From assembly GCF_001194135.2 (NCBI RefSeq), contig NC_068998.1, forward strand, positions 19,369,423 to 19,433,422: a stretch of DNA of 64,000 nt, written 5' to 3'. The notes under the pieces were generated by a model, which had not been told where the DNA came from, did not search any database, and saw nothing but the letters and a program-made list of their open reading frames with translations. A program made the position numbers and the translations under genes. Of the stretch, positions 39,228 through 52,039 are shown piece after piece; the first letter of the stretch is position 1; each line of letters starts with the position of its first letter. Source of the stretch: Octopus bimaculoides (lineage: Eukaryota).

Positions 39228-39340
39228 CTGGTGATACCTAGATAGGCCACTTCTGTTTGGTTGTAATTATTTACCAAAGACAATCCTAATCCAAATATAA
39301 ACAAGTTGATTTCTTGTTCAATTCGCTCAAGTTCACCAGC
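39228..39340 (-). CDS. VPS13: VPS13 exon (AGELERIEQEINLFIFGLGLSLVNNYNQTEVAYLGITS)
   Basis: ctgcag / gtatgt sites, 113 nt, phase 0-2; LGLSLVNN...EV.Y.GITS motif. Confidence 0.95.
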
Positions 39341-39435
39341 CTGCAGATTAGATACAGAATTAGAAAAAAATTTAAACAATCTTATCTTTAAGAAGTTTTT
39401 AGTGTCTAGAAAAAGAGCCTAGAAAATTTGTTTAC

Positions 39436-39558
39436 CTGTTGAGCAATTGTAACCAGAGCTAAATCTTGACTGAATAATAATACACGTTGCATTCCATCCA
39501 AGAAAGACACCCAATACACTTTGGTGTCATTGTCTGCAAAGAATTCTCCAATTCCATC
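39436..39558 (-). CDS. VPS13: VPS13 exon ([41 protein letters not shown])
   Basis: tttcag / gtaaac sites, 123 nt; WVSFLDG.QRVLLF motif. Confidence 0.95.
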
Positions 39559-39807
39559 CTGAAATTAGAAATAGAATTGATTATAATACCTCATAGCATA
39601 ATATATGTAATATATGTCCATAAAAATACAACTATTGCCGCTGTTGTAATTCTTAATGCAAAGATTGAAGTTCGGTCTTCTTTTAGAGATATGGAAATCA
39701 TGTTCCCAGCTCCCAGTTCCCAAACCAAGACACATTTAATATTATAGGGGGGTGTTACAGTTGATTAGCCCCAGGTTAAATTTGATTGGTTATATTTTTC
39801 ATCTAGC

Positions 39808-40127
39808 CAGATGGTTCTCAACCATTTTTTACCTATGGACCCCTTTGTTTACTATTTTATTCTGGTGGACCCCCATAGCCAATTGATGCTTAAAAACTAA
39901 TTTTATGGATACTTATTTCAAAATTCGTATTTTGTTATTCATTCATTTGCTTGCATAGGTTGAATTATATAAAATGTTAGAGAAACAAATCAAGCTGTTT
40001 CTAGCAATACATAGATTTAAAGCAAAACTTTTTATGGACCCTTAAAATACTACTGTGGATCCCTAATTTGCTATTTTGCTAGCTTGGACCCCAAAAATCT
40101 TATATGGACCTCTGTTGAGAACCACTG
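39808..40127. mobile_element. Same hAT MITE family, opposite orientation
   Basis: CAGATGGTTCTCAACC ... GTTGAGAACCACTG; body is the reverse complement of 17846-18136; TSD not clear. Confidence 0.75.
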
Positions 40128-40636
40128 CTGTAGCTGATAAAATGCAAATGAAAACAGCTATGAATTGGGTGCCATATGTTGGCAGGTGTTAAAAGGGTAA
40201 GTTGAAGATCCCTTGGTGGTGGACATTTTAAGATAACCTTGAAAACAGTTAATGTTATGTGGAATGGATACGCAAGAGTAGCTGCCAACTGAACCCTGTG
40301 AAGGAAGCTTGCTGTATAATGCAGGACAACCTAAAGCTTAAGAGATTTGATAGAGTAGATCTATGATCAAAGGCCTCCAGCCGTGATCACCTGCTTTGTT
40401 TTTGAACACAGTGTAATGAGGACTACATCAGTTAATGAGTATTTCCTTTATTAATGATGATAGGATCTTATTTGACGGAAATTTGACTGTTATCTCTTGC
40501 AGGTTATCTCTGTTGTTGGTTTTTTATAGTTGTACTTTTATGATTGAAGGCATTTTATTTATCCCGTCTACTTAAAATATTTTTGAAGACATTGTGTCTA
40601 GAACTACATTATTCAATGTCTCCTTCTTATATTTAG

Positions 40637-40857
40637 TCCTTTAGCATTTAAACCGGCCATATCCAGCCAAAATATTCTACTTGTTTTATGCTCAAACTGA
40701 GCAGATCTGGTTTTTCATACCTTACTCTACAATGTCATTTTAAAACTAAACAATCACATCATTGAAACATTGAAGCTATGTAATATTGTATGAATAATTC
40801 AAAACAACATGAATAAATAAGTATTGCATTTGACAGATTAATCTGAATGCTAAAGAG
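40637..40857. mobile_element. Same TTAA MITE (orientation of the 44089 copy)
   Basis: TCCTTTAGCATTTAAACCGGCC ... AATGCTAAAGAG|TTAA. Confidence 0.8.
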
Positions 40858-41373
40858 TTAAGAGGGTGTGATTTGAGAGAGATTTAGTTGCTATTTCTAG
40901 CAGATCAAAACGATCTTGCAGAGGCTCCCTTGCTGGTTCATTTATGGTGGAATGAGAACCTATGATGGCTTACTCGATGAAAATTGATTAAGTAGTCAAC
41001 GTATTGGCAGTTCATATTATGTCACCGGTGATGCATTATTGCTGTGATCAACTGCACAATCCATCATTCAATGGCTCTCTGCTGTAGGCAATAATGAGCA
41101 TTAAAATTAGGTTGCAGTGTCAAGTTCAAGTCCTGCAGTGGTCTGTAGGAAGTAATGATACGATTCTACTTTCACTTTTATGTCTACTTTAAAGCAGTAT
41201 AACAAAAATTAATCTTTTGGAATATAATCCAGCTTCTCATTCGTATTTTCTCTAAAAATTACACCACCCCTTATAATATTTCTCCTTATGATGTTGCTTA
41301 ATACAATTACCATGTATTTCAAATATTCCTGAAAATATTTCTTTTCCCCATACAGAAACACACATGTGTGCTG

Positions 41374-41405
<32 letters not shown>

Positions 41406-41423
41406 TCTCTGATTCTGACATAC

Positions 41424-41553
41424 CTGAGTGAGATTATTCTTTAATTCTTTGGTAGTTCCACATGTCCAGATGAGTTCTCTGTTTCCTGAAGGATTTTCCC
41501 AGGTATATAGCATGGCTTGTTCTGATCCTAGCATATGGGTGGTTTTCACATCT
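41424..41553 (-). CDS. VPS13: VPS13 exon (DVKTTHMLGSEQAMLYTWENPSGNRELIWTCGTTKELKNNLTQ)
   Basis: gtttag / gtatgt sites, 130 nt, phase 2-0; LYTW..P.G.R.L.W motif. Confidence 0.92.
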
Positions 41554-41576
41554 CTAAACAAACATAGGAAAATAAC

Positions 41577-41627
<51 letters not shown>

Positions 41628-41952
41628 NNNNNNNNNNNNNNNNNNNNNNNNNNNNNNNNNNNNNNNNNNNNNNNNNNNNNNNNNNNNNNNNNNNNNNNNN
41701 NNNNNNNNNNNNNNNNNNNNNNNNNNNNNNNNNNNNNNNNNNNNNNNNNNNNNNNNNNNNNNNNNNNNNNNNNNNNNNNNNNNNNNNNNNNNNNNNNNNN
41801 NNNNNNNNNNNNNNNNNNNNNNNNNNNNNNNNNNNNNNNNNNNNNNNNNNNNNNNNNNNNNNNNNNNNNNNNNNNNNNNNNNNNNNNNNNNNNNNNNNNN
41901 NNNNNNNNNNNNNNNNNNNNNNNNNNNNNNNNNNNNNNNNNNNNNNNNNNNN
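41628..41952. other. Assembly gap (325 N) within (TA)n
   Basis: Run of N. Confidence 1.
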
Positions 41953-41993
<41 letters not shown>

Positions 41994-42108
41994 CAAGAAT
42001 AAATAATAAATTTCAAAGGTGAAATAATTTCTTAAGTAATTAAAAAATGATATCTTGCTTTTGACGAAAATTTCAGCAAATTAAAATAAAGCAAACAGCA
42101 TATCTTAC

Positions 42109-42242
42109 TTCTGGCTAAACTGGACTGAACACCTATCGGTGTGGTTCACCAAAAGAACAGAGGCCATACCAGATTTGTAGTTGGTCAGTGTTGTAATAAA
42201 GGAAGTTTCTGTTATTTGGCAATCAATGTTGATTCCTCCATA
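42109..42242 (-). CDS. VPS13: VPS13 exon (YGGINIDCQITETSFITTLTNYKSGMASVLLVNHTDRCSVQFSQK)
   Basis: tttcag / gtaaga sites, 134 nt, phase 0-2; GG..D and NHT motifs. Confidence 0.92.
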
Positions 42243-43434
42243 CTGAAAAATAACGATAGTTCAAAGACTTAAAAAGAAGTTAGTAAGAACTATAATGGAC
42301 TCAATATAAGTTGTAGTGAAAGGAAAAACAAAAGAAAAAAGAATGAATAAACAAGAGATTATTCAAAGATTGCTGTATAGAATAAAATTGAGATGAAGTA
42401 TGATATCCAGATGTTTAGTCTCACAGAGACAATGACAAGAGATCAAGACTTTTGATGATTTGCTGTGCTCGAGAAGACACGTCAAGCTAAGTGTAATCAT
42501 GGTTAATGCTGGTGACATGAAAGGCACTCATGCCTGTGACACTTGTGAAGCACCTGTGCTGGTGACATGTAAAAGGCACCCATACCATTAACATGCAAAA
42601 GGCACCTAGTACACTCTATGGAGTGGTTGGCATTAGAAAGGGCATCCAGCAGTAGAAACAAAGCCAAAACAGATTGGAGCCTGATGCAGCTCTTTGGCTT
42701 ATCAGTTCCAGTCAAACCATTTAACCCAGGAAAATGGATGCTAAATGATGATGATGATAAAACTGTTATTGTTCTTGAGAAAGGCATGTACTCCTGTTTC
42801 CACCATAATAATTTACCTTAAAAAAATTTAGTGAATTGTAGACATAGTGTCTGGGGGAAGTCGAGTGAAGAACAGTGCATGAGGTAAAATGTGGTCATAA
42901 AGTGAAAGCTGATACAATCATGGGCCAAAGTCATTTAATTATTCTTCTAGAAAATATTGTTGATGTGGATGTCTATGGGCATAGGTATGGCTGTGGGGTT
43001 AAGAGGTCTATTTTGCAACCATGATTCCAGGTTCAATTCCACTATGCAGCAGTTTGAGCAAGTGTCTTCTACTATAGCTTTAGTTTAATCAATGTTTTGT
43101 GAATGAAATTTGGTAGACAAAAACTGTGCAGAAGTTTGTGTGTGTGTGTGCATGTGTGTTTGGTGTAATACATATATGTGTGTAAATGTTTTTTGGTCAT
43201 GCATATGAGGTAAAGATGTAACCATTGTTGAGAAAACTGAAAAATCATTGTTTCCATATAAAATTACTGTGTAGTATTAGTTTTACAGTGAATTGCAATC
43301 CTTTGATATACTTGACATATAAATTGTTGTGAACCAATGATTGGGCCATTAAAAACTTGTAACCATTGACAGAATTGTTCACCAAATAAATTACAAAAAG
43401 AAGAAAAGAAATATAGAAAAATAATAAAAATTAC

Positions 43435-43626
43435 ATTGTTTTCCAATTTAAGAAGAGTTGAATGAGGTTTGATTATGGAGAAGACATTGGTCTCTTCATT
43501 TGTATCTAGAACTTTGGCTTTCAATTCGATCTTTGTTGTCAGAGGCCAGAATGGTATACATTGTTGTGGACGGATTTCAATCCAGCTAGATGGATCAGGA
43601 GTTATTTCTTGAACTAAATATGTTAG
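43435..43626 (-). CDS. VPS13: VPS13 exon (LTYLVQEITPDPSSWIEIRPQQCIPFWPLTTKIELKAKVLDTNEETNVFSIIKPHSTLLKLENN)
   Basis: tttcag / gtaatt sites, 192 nt; C.PFWP motif. Confidence 0.92.
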
Positions 43627-43829
43627 CTGAAATTATACAAAATTGAGAGAAAAAAAAAAAAGAAATTTAACAACAGTTAAGTATATTGATTAATTATTTT
43701 ATGTAGTAAATTTTTATTGAGACTGATGACAGTTGAGGCTTGCCAAATCAACATAATATTGGACAACCAACTTTATATTGTTTTAATGCACAGTTGAAGG
43801 CTGAGAGACCGCTGTGCCCAAAGCCTTTG

Positions 43830-44084
43830 CAGGCATCCCTAGATTTTGAGTGAAAGGATTAAATAATGCGAAGTGTCAGGGTAGCAGGTAGAACAATATA
43901 GATGATAGAAGAGGGAGAGGGATGTGCATTGGATGAGCTTAGTTGGTACATAGCTTGCTATATAGAGGAGTATTTGTGCAAGTAGAATTGGATCTGTCCC
44001 AGATATATGAGCAGTGCTTCACCATGGGGGACACTTCAGCTTAAAAGAGGACAGCAGCAGGGTTGGCTGAAGTATTTTTAGGCT
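43830..44084 (-). mobile_element. CR1/Jockey-clade LINE RT C-terminal remnant, interrupted by a MITE
   Basis: KYFSQ....FKAEVSPMVKHCSYIW resembles YKAQVRP.MEYCSHIW; frameshifted. Confidence 0.6.
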
Positions 44085-44088
44085 TTAA

Positions 44089-44304
44089 CTCTTTTAGCCT
44101 TTAAACAGGCCATATCCAACCAAGATACTACCTGTTTTATGTACAAACTGGCTTGATCTGGCTTCTCACATCTACCTTAAAATTAATTCTAAAAATAAAC
44201 ACTCACATCATCAAAATCTTGAAGTCACACAACATAATTCATGATTAATTCAAAACAATGTCAAATATGCATTAATTCGACAGAGTAATCTTAATGCTAA
44301 AGGG
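44089..44304. mobile_element. Same TTAA MITE, opposite orientation to the 25069 copy
   Basis: TTAA|CTCTTTTAGC ... AATGCTAAAGGG|TTAA; internal sequence is the reverse complement of the 25069 copy. Confidence 0.8.
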
Positions 44305-45091
44305 TTAAAGAGGAAACCCATCCTTTTAGATGCAGTTTCAGGTACGCCCACAGATGTGTGGTCATCAGAAAAAGGCATCATATTTTGTAAAGTCTAGCAT
44401 TTGTAAAGTTATAAAGTTCTCAGTTGTGTGAGGATTATTAATAAGGAAGGTGTAATGCTGTAGACAACAAAACAGATTGTTGTTTAACTCCAAATTAGTC
44501 CTGATTGAGCATGTATTGTGCATAAGTTTTCAAGATATGTAGGACTAAAGAGTTGGTCCATTTATACACAAGGATAATAACTCTTACAGGATAAGACAAC
44601 AAAGCTGTAGGAAAGGAACTATCGAATGGCACTGTAAAAAATGAGGGGAGTGTTTTCTAAGCATAAAGTGTTGAATTTAACTCCACCTATGTGTATAACT
44701 TAGAAAGGAGGTGGATCCTCCATAGTTAGACTACCCTAGATACATTACAAAAACTCCAGCGATGCCCCAATGATTCAATATTTTATGAAATGCACCATCA
44801 TTTGTAGATATTGTAGTTAAGAATGTAAATTAAGTTTGAGATAGACAAAAAAGACCCCAAAAAACCCCCTCTGTATTATCAAGCATACTGTCTCAGTTTC
44901 AGATGTAAGAAGTTAAGATGAAAACAGAAACACACACAAAAATAGTAGTTATATGAAACAAAATCAAAAATACATTGAATTTCATTTGAAGATTAATAAT
45001 ATATATTTTAATTATTTGAGCAATGTACATTTATTAGATAAAACTTTTAAAAGATTGGTTGAAAAAATTTGCTCAGCAGCAACCATTTTAC

Positions 45092-45178
45092 CTCTGAAGT
45101 ATTTAGCATCATGTGGTATGGGGTGAAGGTTACGATTTTTGTTAAACCAGAGGAAGATAAACGGATGTTAACACCAAC
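45092..45178 (-). CDS. VPS13: VPS13 exon (VGVNIRLSSSGLTKIVTFTPYHMMLNTSE)
   Basis: ctttag / gtaaaa sites, 87 nt; matches VGV.I..SS..L..IVT.TP of VPS13A/C. Confidence 0.93.
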
Positions 45179-46750
45179 CTAAAGAAAAAGAGAGATAAAT
45201 GTTTTAAATACATTTCATAATTGTAACAGTTATAAAACTTTCATGCATTCTTGTTTTATATAGAGTGTACAAAGCAATAAGGACCTATAGTTCCAAATTT
45301 ATAGGTGTTTAAGACTAATATAAAGGAGCTGTACAAGAAGGATTTATTTTGATTATGCATAATGACAAATTTGTAAAAGTGTGTAAAGCAAACTTAAGAG
45401 ATTCCAATATATCATTGCTACTTATTTTATTGATAAAAGAAGAATGAAAAGTAAAGTCAGCTTTAACTAGTTTTGAAATGAAATAAGAACCCTCACGTTT
45501 CAGTCATCATCACCACATTTAAGCAATAGAAAGTTACAAAATATATTGCTATGCGGAGTTTTCTAACATGCTTATGGTGTTAGTTTTTAAGCTATATGCT
45601 GACAAGATTTCCAAATAAAGCAAAAGGTTTACTGCAGACTGAATTCTTCACATATGTCAGTATCTATATATTCCTAATTACAAAATTGTAATTTTCAACT
45701 TTGGTGGTCAGAGTCAAAGCTCACTTTGCAACCACAGGGTTTTGGGTTCAGTTCCACTGCATAGCACCTTGAGCAAATGTTTTCTACTTTAGCTTCAAGT
45801 CAACCAATGCCCTGTGAGTGAATCTGGTTGACAGAAACTGTATGGAAAGGCTATCATACACATACATGCGCGTGTGTGTGCATGTATGTATATGTGTGTG
45901 TCCCCATCACTGCTTGAGAACTGGTGTTTACATCCCCATAACTTAGCAGTGTAGCATAAAGACCAACAGAATAAGTACCAGACTTAAAAATAAGGTCTGG
46001 AGTTAAAAACCTTCAAGGTAGCACCCCAGTATTGCTGCAGTTCAATGACTGAAACAAGCAAGAGGTTGAAAATATATATAGCTATTTGATTGTTTTGTTC
46101 TCTGATTGGACATTGTGAGTGAGTTCATGGAATATAAAGGAAACTAATTGTTCTCCAGCTGGATACTCCATATAGGAAAGAGGACTGAATCAATGTGGAC
46201 ATGCTTTTTGACAGAGACAAAGACCTGGAGGAAACAACAAAGGACATTCCATTCTATTCTGCCATCATTTTGCCCAGCATGCTAACAGCTTTGCCAGCTT
46301 GCCACCTTGAAAGTTCCTTCCCGAGTCATATAGACTCATTGGGTCAGTTTCCTGTTTTCCGTGGCACTTATATTCCCCACTGGATGAGATACTGGTCCAT
46401 CACAGGATTACTCACTTTTGCCAGCTGAGTGATCTTCTGGCTCTTATGATAATAACAGGTGAAGTTTCTTAATGAAAGAGGACAGGTGTTAAAACAGTCA
46501 AACACAGATAAAGATTCATTTCTAACATGGATTCAGTGACATCTGGAAATAACTATTGGTAATAGTAATGAAAACAAATGAACTATTCTAAAGATATAGT
46601 CTGTCGTATGATCTCTGAGACATTATCCCCAAAAGCATAATAATTGAGGAAATCTGATAATGTATACAACTGACAAATCAATTTAGTCAAATATTAGTAG
46701 ATTTAAGAATAATGAATGTAATAAATAAAAAGAAAAAAAGAACTATATAC

Positions 46751-46858
46751 TTCATAGATTCCAGAAGCTTTGTTCTTGCACTGAACGGTACCAGAGCTTC
46801 CGACAGTGTCCAGTGAAAACTTGTCAGACCATTCAGATTCTGCAACTTGGAGACAAGC
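46751..46858 (-). CDS. VPS13: VPS13 exon (ACLQVAESEWSDKFSLDTVGSSGTVQCKNKASGIYE), VAB region
   Basis: ttttag / gtatat sites, 108 nt; WS..FSLDTVGS motif of VPS13A/C. Confidence 0.93.
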
Positions 46859-49689
46859 CTAAAAATAAAAAAATTTTTTAATTCTATAGTAAAAAGTTAA
46901 TTTATGAATTATGATTTATGGTTATCAATTTTTCAATTGATCTTTGGGTCAAAATGATAGAGAGAGAGAGAGAAGGGAGAGGAAGAGAGAAAGAGAGAGG
47001 GATGAAAAAAGAACAAAAGGATGGCTATAAAAATTTGATGGTAAAAACTGAAAGATCTATGAAAAAGAAAAAAGAAAACTCATTATATTCTGATTATATA
47101 CTTCACTTAAGATAATGTTTTGAACACCACATATTGCTATTGAGTAATCACAGCTAATTCTGTCTGTGTATATCTCTAGTATGGAGATCAGCATCAAATA
47201 TTTACAAACAAACAATAAAATTCCTCTGATATATGAAGTCTTGGCATTGAACTTGAGTGTCTGATCAGTATCCTGGAAATAGTCACTTATTTTTATGTAT
47301 TTTTATTGAGAATATGCTGTCTATGTTACTGAATGGCAGAATTGTCACTACATCAGTATTTGTTCAAGCTCTTTGTGTCCTGAGTTCAAATCCTAATGAG
47401 ATCAATCCTCCCCCTCCTCCTCCAATGTCCATTTTCCATGCTGGCTTGAAGTTGGATGGTTTGAACCAGAGCTGGCAAGCTAGAGAGCTGCACTAGGTTC
47501 CAGTCTCACTTGGCTTGGTTTCTACAGCCTGATACCCTTCCTAACACTAACCACTTTACACGTGTGCTGGGTGTTTTTAATGTGGCACCCACATAAGCAC
47601 TTTTAAGTGGTACCAATACAACTGCTTTTTTTTGTGGCACCAGCACAGGAATCTTACAGGGCATCTCTCTTTCACAGGGGGAAATGGCCTTAATACTAAA
47701 TTAAGTCTCTGTCACATAGTGAGATAATCCCCACCCTAGTCTCAGAATCAGCTGCACTATGCTGAGAGAGGTACATGGAGGACTATTCACAGTATCCCCT
47801 TCTTCTGAGGCAGCCACTTCACTGTTACACAAGTAGAATGTAATCCATGATGCTTCAGTAGAGCATGGTACATTGTTATGATGTGATAATCTTGTTGCCT
47901 TCAATTTCAGGTCTTAAGATACACCCAAGAATTTTTAAGTTAAGAAATATTTGTAATTGTAAAATTCAGCAAGTTACTTTCTAGACAAAATCAGAAGTTA
48001 AGATGGGAAAATTATCACATTATTAGACACTTGCAGACATATTTCAACTTGCTTGAGTTAAAACCTGTTTTCTTCAGAAGATTGTTACATTTATTTAATA
48101 TTTAAAGCAGAAAAAAAAAAAAAAATCACTACTATACTTTCCTAACCTATTTAGCAATGGTTAAACACCAATAAAATAATGAGAAATAATCTTAGTTTCT
48201 TAACTATTTAATACAGTAGATTTGTTATGTTATTTTGACTTTAATTTTTAGGTCTTTTTCTTAAAACACCATGCTTTTACATGGCAAAGTAACTGCAAAT
48301 ACTGCAGAACAAATTAGATTATTCTCATCTAAAGATGGATGGGTGGGGGCGGGAGAGAGAGAGAGAAAAGAGAGAGAGAGAGAGAGAAAAGAGAGAGAGA
48401 GAGAGAGAGAAAAGAGAGAGAGAGAGAAAAGAGAGAGAGAGAGAAAAGAGAGAGAAGTAAGTGAAAATGTTTATAATATCAAGGAACATTTGATTTCATT
48501 ATGAATCATTGGCCTGCATGAATGGTCTATGATAATTCAGTTAATGAGAAAGCATCACCATCACTATTTGTCATCATTTTTAAGTGCAATATATTGGAAG
48601 GGACGTTTTGAGGTAGTGTAGTATAAACTGGACGTCCTTTCTGATATCAACAAACCATGGAAAGATGTTAACAAAAACATCACTTTTTATATATGGCAAT
48701 GATTCATAATGAATGAAATATTTAAGTTAATACGTCCCATTTTTTTACTGCATGAATTTAACTTAAATATTCTTTTAAAAAACGAAACTCAATCCATTAG
48801 TTAATGCTTACATTGAAATACCTGGAAACAGAGAATCAATACTATCATTTGTTTAGAAATTTAATAAGCAATTGTTGCAAGAAATAATACAAAAAGATTA
48901 TAAATAAAGTAAAACTGATGTGAACAAATAATTGTTTTTTGTTTTAGAATTGAATGAAATATTTTCAATAAATTTATATTTACAATAGGATTGTTCTGAT
49001 TAATGATTTTATTTAAACAGTGTTATTTGATTCATAAAGTAAATGGCAAAATATTGATTTCTGAAGTTTTTTTTTTTTTTTAACATTCACAACATTTCTA
49101 AACTACACCATTTCTAAAATACACCATAAAATTTTGAGTAAACTTTGAATTAGAATTTCCAATAAATTAAAAAATTTATTTCAATTAGAAATTAAGGTGA
49201 CAATATTGATAAGTATTTACTCCATTGTATATTCGAACAAAGCTACTGCTATCTTACTGTATAAGAATGGTTAAAATTTTTTTGTCAAAGTAGTTCTGAA
49301 TTGATATAACTTAAGAGAATTACTTTTATTACATTTTTCTAAATAAATTCACTCTGTGAATTGAAAGTTGAATTATAGACAAGAGTCGTGCTACAAGTAT
49401 ATAAACCATTATTAATTTTACACTTGTTTTCTATGGGATGGACAGGCCATCAAAGTCATTTGGTGTTACTGTTCTCCGAGCTTGGTAAAAGATCATATCT
49501 CATTTGCATGTCTCAGTTTCTGGTTTGGTTTCTATGGCTGGATACCAACTATTTTACAAAGCACAATACATGCATTTTATCATAGCACCAGCACTAGAAA
49601 TGCATATTTATTGATATTGGTTTGAATAAAGTGTTAAATTTAGTTATATTTCTCATAAAATCTAACTCATGTTCACAATGAGAGTATTG

Positions 49690-50090
49690 TTACCTATCTA
49701 TTATTCTTTTATTTATTTCAGTCATTCAGCTGTGGCCATGCTGGAGCACCACCTTGTAGGATTTTAGTCAAACAAATCAATCCCAGGACTTAATTTTTAA
49801 GCCTATACTTATTCTATCAGTCTCTTTTGCTGAAGAGCTAAGTTATAGGGACATAAACACACCAACACCAGTTGCCAAGTGGTGATGGGGGTGACAAATA
49901 CAGACAGACAAACATAGATATATACATATATATATCTATATAAGATGGGCTTCTTTTAGTTTCTGTCTGCCAAATCCATGCACAAGGCTTTGGTCAGCCC
50001 GAGGCTATAGTAAAAGACACTTGCCCAAGGTGCCATGCAGTGGGACTGAACCTGGAACTATGTGTTCGAGAAACAAGCTCCTTACCACTT
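49690..50090 (-). mobile_element. Near full-length SINE, same family as 19585-19940
   Basis: Reverse complement of the head, core and tail. Confidence 0.8.
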
Positions 50091-51914
50091 TTCATTTATT
50101 TATCTTAATTTTCTCTTTGTAATACGAAACAAACTTAAGAGTAAAACTTATAAAATTAGGTTTGTTATGGTAAATTCTAGTTAGATATTGTGCCATTCTC
50201 TTTCTTTTGGTGGATGAAATAAAAGTCTATTGAAACAAATTCCACAGGATTTGAAATAAAATTTACTAAAAATTTACTTGTTTACAAGAAATAGTAGTAG
50301 TGGTAATAGTAATAGTAGAGTTTAGTGTTTTCAAAAGAATTTGTCAACATACAATTTTACATATTGTCAACAAACTTATTCCTTAAAGTCTTGGAAATTT
50401 CAAAAGTTAAAAGTTATAATAAAGCTTAGGATAGTTTTATTTTTTCATTTAAACATTGATCAACTTCTTTGTATGTTATAATCTCAGTTTTAGTAAGATA
50501 TAACAAAAAACAACAACAAAGAAACAAAAAAACAAAATCAAAACATTAATAAACAATGAAATACAATCAAACTGTATTATATAAATGCACACACATTATA
50601 TACACACATCATACACACACACACACACACACACAGAGGCATACACACATACACACACAGGGTGTTCATAAATTATCTTTACAGTTTGAAGCATAGAGAA
50701 TGAAAAAATTATTTATGGAAACCTTGTATATATATAAGATTACATTATTAATCATTAAATCATTAGTGATTTTAGTAAGTACAGAAGATTGAGAGAAAAA
50801 AAACTGATAGAAAATAAACAAAGCCAAGTGCAAACATTAAATAATATAACAATAACAATACCCAACTGTAGAATACCACAATAGTAAAAATATGAATATA
50901 TTAAATACCATCATGCAGAGAAAGAGATAATTTAATTACAATAATGATCATCACTACAACATATAATAAAACAAAAATGAAAGGAATAAAAAGAAGCAGA
51001 AATGAAAAGGGGTTTGTTGCAAAAAGCCAAGAACAAAGGTCAAAAACAGGTACAAAACATGTTTGACTAAATATATATAAATAAATACTATTTTTAACAG
51101 AAAATTTATAGCATGATAATTCAGTAATAATTGACAGTATAACTCACACTTCAAATTCATATAAAAACTGGAATATGCGTGCATGTGTGTGTATATGAGT
51201 GTGTGTGTGTGTAAACAGATGTCTAAGTATATATATAACATACATATATATGTATGACTGCTATTGTTGGGTTTAGAGTTCTATGAAGATTATCATCGTC
51301 GACTCTGTTTCCAGTAGAATGGTTTGTCTACTACTGTACTTAGTAACACTATTTTGTCATGGCATACAGAGAAAATGTAGTGTTCCACAGATGATCTGTT
51401 GTGGTTAAGCATCCATTTGCAGAGTTCCAAACAACTTCAATGGCGATATAAACGATATAACTCGAGTTTATCATAATTTCTCATATCTATCTGTTTATAT
51501 ATATCGTCGTCGTCGTTTAACGTCCGCTTTCCATGCTAGCATGGGCTGGACGATTTGACTGAGGACTGGTGAAACCAGATGGCTACACCAGGCTCCAATC
51601 TGATTTGGCAGTGTTTCTACAGCTGGATGCCCTTCCTAACGCCAACCACTCAGAGAGTGTAGTGGGTGCTTTTACGTGATATATATATATATATATAGAT
51701 AAATAGATAGATATATATATATATAGATATATAAGGTCTGGTAGTATGTAAAGTTAGGGTCATTTTTAGAGAAGCACTCAACCCGAATACTAGGCTATCA
51801 ACACTGTTGGGTTCCAGGCCAAAGCTGAAATTCCTCAGGTGTAGAAAATCCAAGTTTCACAATGATTTCTCTATAAAGTAGGTTTGGTGAAGAGTAAATA
51901 ATCCAGATAATAAG

Positions 51915-52039
51915 AAGAAGACAAAGAAAATTCTTTAACACATCTTTAATGATTTGTTACAATTGTTTCTGTAGTAACTGAACACAAACAATTGTAAAGA
52001 ATCATTGAAGATGTGTTAAAGAATTTTTTTTGTCTTCTT
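51915..52039. repeat. Long near-perfect inverted repeat (about 54-bp arms, about 17-nt loop)
   Basis: AAGAAGACAAAGAAAATTCTTTAACACATCTTTAATGATTTGTTACAATTGTTT versus the reverse complement of AAACAATTGTAAAGAATCATTGAAGATGTGTTAAAGAATTTTTTTTGTCTTCTT; about 4 mismatches. Confidence 0.9.

Noticed and set aside
44315-44380. Minus-strand CTGATGA...GAAAC hammerhead-like motif
   Set aside because: Stem II does not close onto GAAA, and stems I and III are mismatched
51730-51875. Acceptor-like site followed by EIIVKLGFSTPEEFQLWPGTQQC*
   Set aside because: Stops in all frames and wrong phase for VPS13
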